A DNA stretch of 64,000 nt from an uncultured Candidatus Actinomarina sp. GTDB lineage: Bacteria > Actinomycetota > Acidimicrobiia > Actinomarinales > Actinomarinaceae. The stretch is from contig CACFIX010000001.1 in NCBI GenBank assembly GCA_902566515.1, positions 32,220 to 96,219 on the forward strand. The letters run 5' to 3'. Of this stretch, positions 20,940 to 31,512 are shown piece after piece. Under the pieces are notes generated by a model. That model saw only the letters and a program-made list of their open reading frames with translations. It was not told the origin of the DNA and searched no databases. The stretch's first letter is position 1. Every line of letters starts with the position of its first letter. Position numbers and translations under genes: made by a program.

Positions 20940-20990
20940 CTAAATAAGTAATAGCACCAATACTGAAATGAATACAGATAAATTTTTCAT
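20940..20990 (-). CDS. ilvB leader peptide MKNLSVFISVLVLLLI (16 aa)
   Basis: ATG..TAG minus-strand ORF read codon by codon; 10 of 16 residues are Leu/Val/Ile; stop codon abuts the hairpins and terminator upstream of ilvB. Confidence 0.55.
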   Translation of the reverse strand: MKNLSVFISVLVLLLI

Positions 20991-21019
20991 TAAAATAACT
21001 ATAGTAAAATCAAAAAAAA

Positions 21020-22114
21020 ATGAAAGATATAAATCTTAATAATTTCATAATAGAAAATTCTCTTGATATTCCAGTTGATGTTTCTATTGGAGTCGCATCA
21101 GTACCTACAGGCTTAAATTATTCTGATCAGATCAAAAAAGTAAAAGAGCAAAATCAACATGCGAACATGAAATTTACATTTTCTGATCCAGACTATTCAG
21201 GTCTTGTTGATAAATTTGATTGGGCAAATTCTGCCCTAATTTTTGCATATGATTACAAAAACAAGGTTAATTATTCAAATTTAACAAATAAAGGATACGG
21301 TCAGATAGCAAGATTTGCACAACAAGATTTTTATTTACCATTAAAAAAAATAATCAATCAATTTGAAGAAATATTTAATGACTTAAGTATCAAGCATCAA
21401 ACATTTATTGACAATCCAAAACACTACGATAGATCTTTTTTTGAAAAGTCTGGGATGGGATGGCAGGGTAAAAGTACAATGATGCTTAGTCCTGGTATTG
21501 GTCCATGGCAACTACTCGGAACAATTTATGTTGAAACTAATTTTCAGTCTACAGATGAAAGAACTTACTCATGTGGAGAATGCAACTTATGTCAGATTTC
21601 CTGTCCAACAGGTGCATTGGATAATGAATACAAACTAGATTCAAATAAATGTATATCGTATTGGCTTCAGTCGCCTGAAATAATTCCGTACGATATGAGG
21701 GAATCAATTGGAAATAGATTCTATGGTTGTGATGAATGTTTGATATCATGTCCACCTGGTCAAAGTAATAAAATTAAAATTAAAACAAAAAATGAATTTG
21801 AAGTAAACCTAGAAGAGTTACTTGAAACAAATGATGAAGTGTTACTCAAAAATTATTATTGGTTTTATATTCCTAAAAGAAATGTTGATTATTTAAAAAG
21901 AAATGCAGTAATTGCATTAACAAATAATCCTAATAAAAGTACTTTTAATTTTTTTTTGAAATTGTACACAAATTCTTCAGATTTTTTGAAGATTTATATT
22001 TTGTGGGGATTTTGGAAGTTAGGAAAAATTTTTGAAATAAGTAGTTTGCTTGATAATGAAGTAAATGAAAATTTAAAACTTGAATATGAAAAATTAAAAA
22101 GTATGACTTCATAG
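21020..22114 (+). CDS. queG: Epoxyqueuosine reductase
   Basis: [12 protein letters not shown]..., two 4Fe-4S motifs [12 protein letters not shown] and [24 protein letters not shown]; C-terminal HEAT-like region. Confidence 0.8.
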   Translation: MKDINLNNFIIENSLDIPVDVSIGVASVPTGLNYSDQIKKVKEQNQHANMKFTFSDPDYSGLVDKFDWANSALIFAYDYKNKVNYSNLTNKGYGQIARFAQQDFYLPLKKIINQFEEIFNDLSIKHQTFIDNPKHYDRSFFEKSGMGWQGKSTMMLSPGIGPWQLLGTIYVETNFQSTDERTYSCGECNLCQISCPTGALDNEYKLDSNKCISYWLQSPEIIPYDMRESIGNRFYGCDECLISCPPGQSNKIKIKTKNEFEVNLEELLETNDEVLLKNYYWFYIPKRNVDYLKRNAVIALTNNPNKSTFNFFLKLYTNSSDFLKIYILWGFWKLGKIFEISSLLDNEVNENLKLEYEKLKSMTS

Positions 22115-22137
22115 TTGAAATAATCTATTCTTATTCT

Positions 22138-23799
22138 ATGGAAAAAATATCTGATGACGTTACAAAAGGAGCTAGTAAATCTGCTGCTAGAGCGATGTTA
22201 AGGGCTGTTGGGCTGCAAGATGATGATTTTAATAAGTTTCAAGTAGGAGTTGTTTCGGCGGGTAATGAAGTTACTCCATGTAATTTGACAGGTCCAGAAT
22301 TATCTGAGTTTGCTAAAAAAGGCGTAAATGGATCTGATTCTGCTGCATTGATATTCTCTACAATTGCTGTTTCTGATGGTATTTCAATGGGTCATGAGGG
22401 GATGAGAGCATCTTTAGTTTCTAGAGAAGTAATTGCTGATTCAGTTGAATTGGTAATGCATGCAGAAAGATTTGATGGAATGGTGACAATTGCAGGATGT
22501 GACAAATCTCTTCCAGGAATGTTAATGGCTGCAGGAAGAATTAATCGTCCAGCAATATTTCTATATGGTGGAAGTAGTTTGCCTGGAGTTTACAACGGAA
22601 AAGATATATCAATAGTTGATGTATTTGAAGGTATAGGTGCTTTTGAAAAAGGAATCATCTCAGAAGAAGAACTTTACAATATTGAGTGTGCGGCTTGTCC
22701 TGGAGTAGGGTCGTGCGCAGGAATGTTCACTGCTAACACAATGGCGTCAGTTGGTGAAGCAATAGGAATGAGTTTACCTGGTACCGCTGCTATCCCAGCT
22801 GAGGATGCAAAGTTACGAGATGCTGCTGTTGAATCTGGAAAGCAACTCAATTATTTATTAAAAAATAATATAAAACCCAGTGATATTATGACTCATGATG
22901 CATTTACTAATGCTATCACAACCGTACTTGCTCTCGGTGGAAGCACAAATGCCGTACTTCACTTATTAGCTATTGCACATGAAACAGGGGTTGAACTATC
23001 GATCGATAAATTTGACGAACTTAGTAGAAACGTTCCTCACTTAGCTGATATGAAACCATTTGGAAAATATCATATGGTTAATTTAAATGAAATAGGAGGG
23101 GTTCCTGTTGTATCAAAAATACTTCTTGAAAATAAATTAATTAATCCGGATTGCATGACAGTTACTGGACGAACTATTGGTGAGAATCTTGAAAAAGTAA
23201 AAATTCCTAAAAACCAAAATGTCATTAGTTTTCCGGACAATCCTATATCAAATGAGGGTGGCATTGCAGTTCTTAAAGGTTCATTAAGTCCAAATGGATC
23301 AGTGGTAAAAACTGCAGGAATAGATATTAATACTTTCTCTGGACCCGCAAATGTTTTTGATTCTGAACAAGATGCTTTAGATGCTTTGTTTAATAACAAA
23401 ATTTCAAAAGGAGAAGTTATAGTTATTCGAAATGAAGGTCCTAAAGGGGGGCCAGGAATGAGAGAAATGCTGCAAATTACTGCCGCAATTAAAGGCGCAG
23501 GATTGGGTAAGGATGTTTTGCTAATAACTGATGGAAGATTTTCTGGAGGTACTACTGGTTTGTGTATTGGCCATGTTGCTCCAGAAAGTTTTGACAAAGG
23601 ACCTATTTCAGTATGTCAAAATGGAGATATCATCACTTTAGATATAGAAAATAGGTCTTTAAATTTAGATATTGAAAAAAATGAATTAGATGAGAGAATA
23701 AGTAAATTAAAATTGCCTCCTCCAAGATATAACTCAGGTGTTTTATACAAATATTCAAAGCTAGTTAGTGGTTCCGATAAAGGTGCTGTTACAAATTAA
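22138..23799 (+). CDS. ilvD: Dihydroxy-acid dehydratase
   Basis: IlvD/EDD family: [28 protein letters not shown]. Confidence 0.9.
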   Translation: MEKISDDVTKGASKSAARAMLRAVGLQDDDFNKFQVGVVSAGNEVTPCNLTGPELSEFAKKGVNGSDSAALIFSTIAVSDGISMGHEGMRASLVSREVIADSVELVMHAERFDGMVTIAGCDKSLPGMLMAAGRINRPAIFLYGGSSLPGVYNGKDISIVDVFEGIGAFEKGIISEEELYNIECAACPGVGSCAGMFTANTMASVGEAIGMSLPGTAAIPAEDAKLRDAAVESGKQLNYLLKNNIKPSDIMTHDAFTNAITTVLALGGSTNAVLHLLAIAHETGVELSIDKFDELSRNVPHLADMKPFGKYHMVNLNEIGGVPVVSKILLENKLINPDCMTVTGRTIGENLEKVKIPKNQNVISFPDNPISNEGGIAVLKGSLSPNGSVVKTAGIDINTFSGPANVFDSEQDALDALFNNKISKGEVIVIRNEGPKGGPGMREMLQITAAIKGAGLGKDVLLITDGRFSGGTTGLCIGHVAPESFDKGPISVCQNGDIITLDIENRSLNLDIEKNELDERISKLKLPPPRYNSGVLYKYSKLVSGSDKGAVTN

Positions 23800-23802
23800 T
23801 AG

Positions 23803-24570
23803 ATGATATTTATTTCAGACGTCCATCATCAATTAGAATTTTTAAAATTATTGCCAAAAAAAAATGAGCCTGTAGTTATATTAGGCGATTTAATCAATTG
23901 GATAGATTACAGAAATGGCAATGGCATAGCCAAAGAGGTATTTGGATTAGAAAACGTGCAGAAGCTTATTAATTTAAGAAAAGAGCACAGATTTGAAGAA
24001 AGAAAAGATTTATGGAAAAGTTTATACTCTGATGATCCAGAAATGATTATGAAAAATATGAGAGATGCTATTGAAAATCAATATGAAGAAGTTTTTAAGA
24101 TTTTAAAAAAATATCACGTATGGTTTATTCCTGGGAATGTAGATGACGTTGAGATTATGAATAGCTACACGTCATCTACTATAAAAAATGTTGATGGTCT
24201 TTTAATTGAACATCAAGGCACTAAATTAGGTTTTGCAGGAGGGGGAGTACCTACTCCTATCAACGCAAGAGGAGAAATTAGTGAAAATGAATTTTCAAAA
24301 AAATTAAATAAGCTTGAACAGGCTGAAATTATTTGTACCCATGCACCACCGTATGTAGATGAATTAATGACAGATGTAGTTACAAATAAAATAGAACAGG
24401 GATGGAAAAGTCTGCTAGATTTTATAAATACAAATCATCCTAAATTTGCGCTTTTTGGAGATGTTCATCAACCTAAAGCTTCTACTTGGATAATAAACAA
24501 TACAAAATGTATTAATACTGGTTACTTTAGAGCCACTAACCAATATTTAGAATTATCATCAATAATATAA
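23803..24570 (+). CDS. Calcineurin-like metallophosphoesterase
   Basis: ISDVHH...ILGDLINW...GNVD...THAPP metal-ligand motifs. Confidence 0.55.
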   Translation: MIFISDVHHQLEFLKLLPKKNEPVVILGDLINWIDYRNGNGIAKEVFGLENVQKLINLRKEHRFEERKDLWKSLYSDDPEMIMKNMRDAIENQYEEVFKILKKYHVWFIPGNVDDVEIMNSYTSSTIKNVDGLLIEHQGTKLGFAGGGVPTPINARGEISENEFSKKLNKLEQAEIICTHAPPYVDELMTDVVTNKIEQGWKSLLDFINTNHPKFALFGDVHQPKASTWIINNTKCINTGYFRATNQYLELSSII

Positions 24571-25478
24571 TGAATTGTTTATCTTTTGACGTTGGAGGCA
24601 CAACAATAAAATATGGAGTTATAAACAATAGTTATGAAGTCATTCACAAAGATAAAATCCCCACCCCCAAAGATGAAGGAAAGTTTATAGAGTCGCTCTC
24701 AGAAATTATTCAAAAAAACATTAATAACATTTCAAAAGTATCTGTAGGAATGCCAGGATACGTAAATGTAGCAAGTAAAAAATATTTGTACGGTCCGCAT
24801 TTACCATTTGAAATTGATTTTTCAAAATTATCAAATTTTTCAGACTACGAATTTTATCTAGACAATGATGGAAATGTTGCAGCTTATTGTGAATATTTTT
24901 TAAATTATAAAAATAAATACTCAAATTTGATTATGTTAACTTTTGGTACAGGGGTCGGCGGGGGAATAATTTCTGAAGGTAGTTTGTTAAGAGGAAGCGG
25001 AAATGCAGGAGAGGTTGGGCATATGCTCACTTCAAATGATAGAGATATTGAGGGCGATAGTGGAAAGAAAGGTAGTTTTGAGACATCAGTTGCAGCATCA
25101 GTATGGACCAAAAAATGTCACGAATTAACTGAAAAAAATCAAGATTCGGAACTTGCTAAAGCATTTGCTTTAAAAAATATTGGTTCAGTACTTTTCGATA
25201 CTACATTAAACTTAACGGACCAAGAAGCCACTGTAAGAGATGAAATAATTCAAAATATTTCAAATGGACTTTTAAGCTTATTTGAAATATTTGACAATGA
25301 AGCTTTTATTCTTGGCGGAAGTATGTCCTCTGAACCTTTTGATTTAATCGATCTTATACAAATCGATATTAAGAACAGATACAAATTTCCTTCTAGAACT
25401 TTTCCTGAAGTATTTATTGCTTCACAAGGAGAAGATTCTGGGATAATTGGTGCTGCAGCATTAGCGTTTGATGAATAA
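24570..25478 (+). CDS. ROK-family sugar kinase (glucokinase-like)
   Basis: SFDVGGTTIKYGV N-terminal ATPase motif, LDNDGNVAAYCEY, GTGVGGGII. Confidence 0.6.
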   Translation: MNCLSFDVGGTTIKYGVINNSYEVIHKDKIPTPKDEGKFIESLSEIIQKNINNISKVSVGMPGYVNVASKKYLYGPHLPFEIDFSKLSNFSDYEFYLDNDGNVAAYCEYFLNYKNKYSNLIMLTFGTGVGGGIISEGSLLRGSGNAGEVGHMLTSNDRDIEGDSGKKGSFETSVAASVWTKKCHELTEKNQDSELAKAFALKNIGSVLFDTTLNLTDQEATVRDEIIQNISNGLLSLFEIFDNEAFILGGSMSSEPFDLIDLIQIDIKNRYKFPSRTFPEVFIASQGEDSGIIGAAALAFDE

Positions 25479-26151
25479 AAAAAATTCTTTACTACTCCCA
25501 CCACAATTTTTTGAGAATGATTCTGATAAAAAAATAAGGTCTATTCTTGATTTCGGTGTTGATGCACTGTATCTTTTTGATCATTTTAAAAATCCCACAG
25601 ACTCAATTAAGCCAACTTATATATTTACTGAAGAAATCTTTAGCTTATATAAAAAAGTAAAAAATGAAATTGAAGTTGGTGTTTGTGTATTGAATGTTAA
25701 TTCAAGAGATTTAAATATATTATTTAAAGATATTATTGATCCTCTTCTTGAGCTTAAAAATATAAATATAGGTTTAGGTACTGGTGATAACAAATATGAA
25801 AAGCATGATGAGATATTTGATAATGATATTGAGGTAGTTATTAACTATATTTTGCAAAATAATAATTTTATTTCAAATAATTCAACATTATTTATCGGAG
25901 GAAATTCACGATCTAAATTAGATTTAGTACAAAAGTACAATTTAGGGATTAATCAGTGGATGGGTTCCGATTCTGATTTTATAGATAAACAAAACGTATA
26001 TAAAAATTTAATAAATCCCATAGGGAGACTTTCAAGATGTGTTACTAATAAAAAGATATATGAATTTGATTACGAGAAAATATTCGTTGTAAAAGATTCT
26101 AATTTGAAGATTTTTCATGAAACTATAGATAATATTTTTAAAAATGACTAA
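25468..26151 (+). CDS. Hypothetical; short LLM-like (luciferase-like) TIM-barrel protein?
   Basis: C-terminal LFIGGNSRSKLDLVQKYNLGINQWMG resembles the LLM GGsxxxxlxxAaxxgDGW motif; only 227 aa. Confidence 0.3.
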   Translation: MMNKKNSLLLPPQFFENDSDKKIRSILDFGVDALYLFDHFKNPTDSIKPTYIFTEEIFSLYKKVKNEIEVGVCVLNVNSRDLNILFKDIIDPLLELKNINIGLGTGDNKYEKHDEIFDNDIEVVINYILQNNNFISNNSTLFIGGNSRSKLDLVQKYNLGINQWMGSDSDFIDKQNVYKNLINPIGRLSRCVTNKKIYEFDYEKIFVVKDSNLKIFHETIDNIFKND

Positions 26152-27316
26152 ATACTCAAACAATTTAATTGATAACTTTCCTGATTATTTGTTTAATAAA
26201 ATTAATCAGCAAAAACTAGCTTTGCGTCAAAGTGGTGAGGATGTTATTGATCTGGGCTATGGGAATCCTGATATTCCCTCTCATGAATTAGTTGTAGAAA
26301 AATTAATTGAGTCTGCTCAAATAAAAAAGAATCATAAATACTCTGTTTCAAAAGGCATTCATGGTTTACGAAATGCTATTGCAAATAAATATTTGAGGGA
26401 ATACGAAATTAATTTAGATCCAAGTAAAAATGTTGTAAATACAATTGGTAGTAAGGAAGGATTGACTCACTTACTAATGTCTATAATAAACAAGGGTGAT
26501 AATGTTGTTGTTCAGGACCCTAGTTATCCTATTCATCATTATGCTCCATTAATTGCTGGTGCAAATGTAATTAAAATTGAATGTTTAAGTAGTGAAAATT
26601 TTTTAAATAATTTAAATACAACTTTAACAAGTCAAAAAGTTAAAGCAGTGCTTGTATCATTTCCACACAATCCAACTACGTTAACAGTAAATCAAGAGTT
26701 TTATGACGAACTTGTGAATCTTGCACGAAGATATAATTTTTTGATAATAAATGATTTTGCTTATTCGGATATATATTTTAATGAAGAAAAACCCCCATCT
26801 TTATTAAATTCTGATCCACAATTTGACCACACAGTAGAACTTTATTCACTCACTAAAGGTTATTCTATGGCTGGATGGAGAGTTGGCTTTGCCGTTGGTA
26901 ACGAAAGCGCTATAAGTTCTCTTACAAAACTTAAATCTTATATCGACTATGGAACTTTTCAACCAATACAAATTGCATCAACAGTTGCTATAAATGAATT
27001 AGACGATTATCCAAAAGAAGTATCTTCTATTTATCAGGATAGAAAATTATTGGCAGAAGAGTATTTAACAAAATATGGATTCGAAGTCTATAAAAGTACT
27101 GCAACAATGTTTTTATGGGCGAAACTACCTGACATATATAAAAATGATTCTATGAAATTTTCAATTGACCTGCTTTCTAAATCTAATGTTGCAGTTTCTC
27201 CAGGTGTTGGTTTTGGAAACTTTGGAGAAGGACATATAAGACTTGCTTTGGTTGAGAACAAACAACGTATAAGGCAAGCAATGAAAAATTTTGCAAAAAT
27301 AATTGATAGTGTTTAG
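26144..27316 (+). CDS. Class I/II pyridoxal-phosphate-dependent aminotransferase
   Basis: ...NTIGSKEG...D.AYSD...YSLTKGYSMAGWRVGF (PLP-Lys context). Confidence 0.75.
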   Translation: MTKYSNNLIDNFPDYLFNKINQQKLALRQSGEDVIDLGYGNPDIPSHELVVEKLIESAQIKKNHKYSVSKGIHGLRNAIANKYLREYEINLDPSKNVVNTIGSKEGLTHLLMSIINKGDNVVVQDPSYPIHHYAPLIAGANVIKIECLSSENFLNNLNTTLTSQKVKAVLVSFPHNPTTLTVNQEFYDELVNLARRYNFLIINDFAYSDIYFNEEKPPSLLNSDPQFDHTVELYSLTKGYSMAGWRVGFAVGNESAISSLTKLKSYIDYGTFQPIQIASTVAINELDDYPKEVSSIYQDRKLLAEEYLTKYGFEVYKSTATMFLWAKLPDIYKNDSMKFSIDLLSKSNVAVSPGVGFGNFGEGHIRLALVENKQRIRQAMKNFAKIIDSV

Positions 27317-28535
27317 AAAATTTTTATCTGAATTATTTTTCAATACCTCTTTAGGTAGTGGTTTTTATTCAGATCTATCTTCAGGAACAATTGCAGTATT
27401 AATTATTTTTACAATTTTGAGCTTCCTATTAATCAAGTTTTCAGAATATATAAAAGTTGAATTTCTTTTTGGCTTAGGCTTGCTATTAAGTTCTATAACA
27501 ACAATTAATGTTTTAAGGTACAAGCCGTATGGTGGTGATGCAAAGATTTATTGTGATTTAACTTTTCTATCAAAATCAAGTAATTTATCAATATATGATG
27601 TTGAATATAAGTACACCTTTAATTACCCACCTATTTTTAGGCAAATATTAGATTTTTTCTGTGATTTTGGATACCAAACAAAATACTTCTTCTTTTTACT
27701 TCCTGCTTTGATTCTATTTTTATTAATTTTAAGATATGAAAACAGAAATGCTTTTATAAGCTCTGTGTATTTATTTGGAGCTTTTCTAGCTCTTCGATGG
27801 GTTCTTAAGACTGGAAACTTTGTTATGTTGGAGTTAGTATTTCTAATTTTGTTTGTTTGGAATTACAAAAAGAAAAGTCATTTAACGTATTTGTTTTTGA
27901 TTCTTTTTGGAATTCAAAGAATTTGGTTTCTTTTACTAGTTCCGATTCTTCTTTACTTGGACAATAATAATTTTTCTAAAAAAGTAAAAACAATAATTTT
28001 TACTTCACTGTTTGCGATGTTAGTAAATATTAATTCTTTTAATGAATTTTTAAGGAGTATTTTCGATTCAAATTCTCAATATAACATTTTGAGAGAAGTA
28101 CCTGGTCACAATACGCCTTCAATATATTTAGGTCTATTAGACATAATTAATATTGATTCAAATTTATTTTTACTTATTATATATGTCTTAGTTGGTATCT
28201 ATATTTTGTTTTTAATTTTAAGAAAATTCAAAATGTCTGCTGATATAAAACTTATAACAACTTTCACTTCAGTTTTACTTATCAATCCTTATCTAAAGCC
28301 TTATCATTTTATATTTATTGTTCCTTGTTTATTACTAGTTAGTGATTCTTTTCTTAAAGATAAGAGAAGCATTATCACTGCAATTATTATGCCAAATTTG
28401 TTTTGGATAATATTTTCAAACTTATCTTCAGGCACCTCTATAGGATTTTTTCAATTATCGTTTATAATTGCATTTATCATTAATCTCATATCTTTAGATA
28501 AGGAAAAAAATGAAATTGATCGATTTAAGATCTGA
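27303..28535 (+). CDS. Polytopic membrane protein (possible GT-C-type glycosyltransferase, DUF2029-like)
   Basis: 410 aa, at least 10 predicted TM helices, F/L/I-rich; no diagnostic motif. Confidence 0.3.
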   Translation: MIVFRKFLSELFFNTSLGSGFYSDLSSGTIAVLIIFTILSFLLIKFSEYIKVEFLFGLGLLLSSITTINVLRYKPYGGDAKIYCDLTFLSKSSNLSIYDVEYKYTFNYPPIFRQILDFFCDFGYQTKYFFFLLPALILFLLILRYENRNAFISSVYLFGAFLALRWVLKTGNFVMLELVFLILFVWNYKKKSHLTYLFLILFGIQRIWFLLLVPILLYLDNNNFSKKVKTIIFTSLFAMLVNINSFNEFLRSIFDSNSQYNILREVPGHNTPSIYLGLLDIINIDSNLFLLIIYVLVGIYILFLILRKFKMSADIKLITTFTSVLLINPYLKPYHFIFIVPCLLLVSDSFLKDKRSIITAIIMPNLFWIIFSNLSSGTSIGFFQLSFIIAFIINLISLDKEKNEIDRFKI

Positions 28536-29541
28536 TACAGTCACTAAACCTGACAAAAATATAATTGAGGAGGCTTTACAAGCTGAATTAGGAGATGATG
28601 AGTATGGTGAAGATCCTACTGTAAATAATCTTCAAGAAAAATGTGCAGAACTCTTAGGTTTTGAAAGTGGCCTTTTTGTTTCTTCTGGGCTTATGGGAAA
28701 TCAAATCTCACTACTAATACACAATTCACCTGGTACTGAAGTTATTACAACATCTGATTCACATATTAAAAATTATGAACATGGTGCAGCTTCATTTCTC
28801 TCTAGAGTTCAATTTAGAGAAATAGATCATAAAGATGGGGCGTTAAATTTAGATTCAATAAAAAGTGTTTATGAAAAATCAAAAGTACATAAACCTCAAA
28901 TTAAGACTATCGCACAAGAAAACACTCATTTAGCTTCAGGAGGGTCGGTAGTTTCTTATAACCATCTTGCTGAAGTTCATTCTTTTGCAAAAGAAACAGG
29001 TATAAATATACATATAGATGGAGCAAGATTATGGCATGCAATACTAGGTGAGGGATCTACAACAAATTATGGAAATATTTCTGACAGTTTGACTTTTTGT
29101 TTTTCAAAAGCATTGGGTGCTCCTATAGGTTCAATGCTTCTTGGCAGTAAGGAATTTATTACAAAAGCCAGAGAGTACCGAAAAATACTTGGAGGCGGAA
29201 TGAGACAAGTAGGAGTAATAGCTTCAATGGCAAATAAATCACTAGATTTACGGGAAAGAATATTAGAGGATCACCAAAAAGCTAAAGATGTTTTTGATTT
29301 TATAAGTGAAAAACAAGAATTTGATGACTTTTTTAAAGCAGAATATAAAAATACAAATATGATATTTCTTAAATTTAGTGATGGAACAGATTCTCAAAAT
29401 TTTATAAAAAACCTAGAAAAAGAAGGTGTGCTATCAGGATTAATAAATGATAAAACGGTTAGACTAGTTTTTCACAAGGATGTTTCAACTGATGATTTGG
29501 TACATGTAAAAGAGAAAATTTATTCCTCTTCATTAATTTGA
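28510..29541 (+). CDS. ltaE: Low-specificity L-threonine aldolase
   Basis: MKLIDLRSDTVTKP start typical of threonine aldolases; PLP fold-type I. Confidence 0.8.
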   Translation: MKLIDLRSDTVTKPDKNIIEEALQAELGDDEYGEDPTVNNLQEKCAELLGFESGLFVSSGLMGNQISLLIHNSPGTEVITTSDSHIKNYEHGAASFLSRVQFREIDHKDGALNLDSIKSVYEKSKVHKPQIKTIAQENTHLASGGSVVSYNHLAEVHSFAKETGINIHIDGARLWHAILGEGSTTNYGNISDSLTFCFSKALGAPIGSMLLGSKEFITKAREYRKILGGGMRQVGVIASMANKSLDLRERILEDHQKAKDVFDFISEKQEFDDFFKAEYKNTNMIFLKFSDGTDSQNFIKNLEKEGVLSGLINDKTVRLVFHKDVSTDDLVHVKEKIYSSSLI

Positions 29542-29759
29542 TTCCATTCAGTAATAGATTTTTCTGAGAGATTAACCAAAATCATAGTTCCCATTAAAGA
29601 CGAAAGATTAACCACAAATATATATAGAGCTATATCATTAAAGCAATCACCATTAGAATCAGCTAAACAGAATGCATTTCCTAAAAGATAACCTATATAA
29701 GTAGAAAATAAAATAACTATAGAAAAAATTAAAAAACGTGTTTTGTTGCTAAATCTCAT
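29520..29759 (-). CDS. Small hypothetical membrane protein
   Basis: 79-aa ORF with 2 TM; weak. Confidence 0.2.
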   Translation of the reverse strand: MRFSNKTRFLIFSIVILFSTYIGYLLGNAFCLADSNGDCFNDIALYIFVVNLSSLMGTMILVNLSEKSITEWNQINEEE

Positions 29760-29782
29760 ATTTATATTAACTTTAGCTTATT

Positions 29783-30007
29783 ATGAATTTTCCTAGTCCT
29801 TGGATAACGATTTTAACTTTTGTTGCAATATTTTTTTCGGGTTTCTTTTCTTTTATGTTTAGCAAAAAGACTGTGGAGTTTTATTTATCAAAAGTTGAAA
29901 CTAAATTTTTGAAATCTTTAGAACCGCTTATTGGATCAATTGGTTTTGTCTCTTCATTTGGATTAAGTTTATTAATTTTATATTATTTTATAATTCAAGT
30001 AAGTTAA
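29783..30007 (+). CDS. Small hypothetical membrane protein
   Basis: 74-aa ORF with 2 TM; weak. Confidence 0.2.
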   Translation: MNFPSPWITILTFVAIFFSGFFSFMFSKKTVEFYLSKVETKFLKSLEPLIGSIGFVSSFGLSLLILYYFIIQVS

Positions 30008-30016
30008 ATAACCTAA

Positions 30017-30562
30017 CTAGATCAAGGTGCGTATTTTATTATTATCAATAAATTGAATTTCACAATTTTTAGGTCTATTCATTGAAAAATTTTCGTCATT
30101 TGTAAAAAAATATGTAAAAGCTCTTATTGTGTCTTGATGAGAGACAAATAATGTATTCACATTATTTTTATATTCTATAGCAACTCTTTCATATACACTT
30201 TTTAATGTCTCCTCAACGGGACTCAAATCTAAAGATGATTTTCTCTCTGAATATCCTTGTGAAGATTTAATCTCTTCAATTGTCTTTCCTATCCAGTTGT
30301 TAATCCCAGTCCACTCTGTCAGATTATTTGAAAAGAATATAGGAATTTTTAAAATTTCAGAGATAATTGAAGAAGTTTCGCGTGCTCTTAATAGGGGAGA
30401 TGTAATAATTTTTTCAATTTTTTTATTGCTATTTTTTAATAATTTTCCAGCTGCATCACTCTGCTCTTTCCCCCGGTCACTTATTTGAAATCCTGGTAAA
30501 TTAGCATATTGAATATTTTTCTTATTTAGTACTTCAGCATGTCTTAAAAATAAGTTTGTCAT
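30017..30562 (-). CDS. Histidine phosphatase family protein (phosphoglycerate-mutase-like)
   Basis: LFLRHAEV (RHG-type motif) near the N-terminus once the start is moved to Met-59 of the track ORF (MTNLF...); this also removes the overlap with the DUF3040 gene. Confidence 0.55.
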   Translation of the reverse strand: MTNLFLRHAEVLNKKNIQYANLPGFQISDRGKEQSDAAGKLLKNSNKKIEKIITSPLLRARETSSIISEILKIPIFFSNNLTEWTGINNWIGKTIEEIKSSQGYSERKSSLDLSPVEETLKSVYERVAIEYKNNVNTLFVSHQDTIRAFTYFFTNDENFSMNRPKNCEIQFIDNNKIRTLI

Positions 30563-30600
30563 AAATTTAGCGTAGTGTGGTAAATGATTAAAATCTACAT

Positions 30601-30948
30601 ATGGCGTTAAACAAAAAAGAACAAGAAATTTTAAACCAAATTGAGCAAGAACTTTTGAAAGAAGATCCTGAACTTGCGAACACAGTAAAAGAATCAACTC
30701 TTTCCAAATACACAAGAACAAGAGCTGTTGTTTCATTTTTTATTTTTTGTATTGGCTTTTTAACTATGTTTAGTACCTATATCATTCAACCAACTTTAGC
30801 CTTAGCAGGTTTTGTTATTATGGCATTGTCTGCATACATTTTTGTATCCAATACAAGAGCACTTTTAAGCGCTGAAAATATTTCTGAATGGAATTTCAAA
30901 CAGGTATATAAAATTTTAAGAAACAAAGATACCTCTAGACAAAATTAA
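30601..30948 (+). CDS. DUF3040-family membrane protein
   Basis: MALNKKEQEILNQIEQEL... N-terminus plus two TM; family characteristic of actinobacteria. Confidence 0.55.
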   Translation: MALNKKEQEILNQIEQELLKEDPELANTVKESTLSKYTRTRAVVSFFIFCIGFLTMFSTYIIQPTLALAGFVIMALSAYIFVSNTRALLSAENISEWNFKQVYKILRNKDTSRQN

Positions 30949-30998
30949 ATCTTTAAATTAAATTAGATATACATCGATTTTTTTATAGGAGTAAGGTT

Positions 30999-31490
30999 TT
31001 GAAAAAAGATGCATTTACATCTAAGCAAGCTTGTTATTTATCTGGCTGTACATCTCACCAATTAAGGTATTGGGACAAAGTGAATCTTGTTAACCCTTCA
31101 ATACAATCATCAAATGGAAAACCCGGTGTTCCAAAGATGTATTCTTTCAGAGATATTGTTGCATTAAGAGTAATTAAAACTTTACTTGATAATGGAATGA
31201 GTATTCAAAGAGTAAGAAGAGCTTGGAGATACTTATCAAAAAATGGAGATTTGACCCAACATTTGACCGAAGTTAAATTAGTTTCTGACGGAAGCACAAT
31301 TTATTCTGTAGGTGATGAAGAGGTGTTCGATGCTCTTAAAAATGGACAACTTACATTTTTTGAGACAATTGATAGTATTACAAAAGAAGTTAAAGAAGAT
31401 GTATCAAAATTTGAATTAGATAAAGAAAGATTTTTAAATTTATTGACTAAAGTAGAGGATGATGTACTTAGTCAACAATTGCAAGCATAA
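30999..31490 (+). CDS. MerR-family HTH transcriptional regulator
   Basis: TTG start; N-terminal HTH ...KQACYLSGCTSHQLRYWDKVNLVNP...YSFRDIVALRVIKTL. Confidence 0.5.
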   Translation: MKKDAFTSKQACYLSGCTSHQLRYWDKVNLVNPSIQSSNGKPGVPKMYSFRDIVALRVIKTLLDNGMSIQRVRRAWRYLSKNGDLTQHLTEVKLVSDGSTIYSVGDEEVFDALKNGQLTFFETIDSITKEVKEDVSKFELDKERFLNLLTKVEDDVLSQQLQA

Positions 31491-31512
31491 AATTTTTACC
31501 TCATATTAATTT

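Noticed and set aside
20563-20943. 126-aa plus-strand ORF spanning the ilvB N-terminus and the leader region
   Set aside because: Antisense to ilvB and to the attenuator hairpins; its relative GC-richness comes from complementing structured RNA and coding sequence
23070-23597. 175-aa minus-strand ORF inside ilvD
   Set aside because: Entirely antisense to a well-supported ilvD; Pro/Ser-rich low-complexity translation; typical shadow ORF
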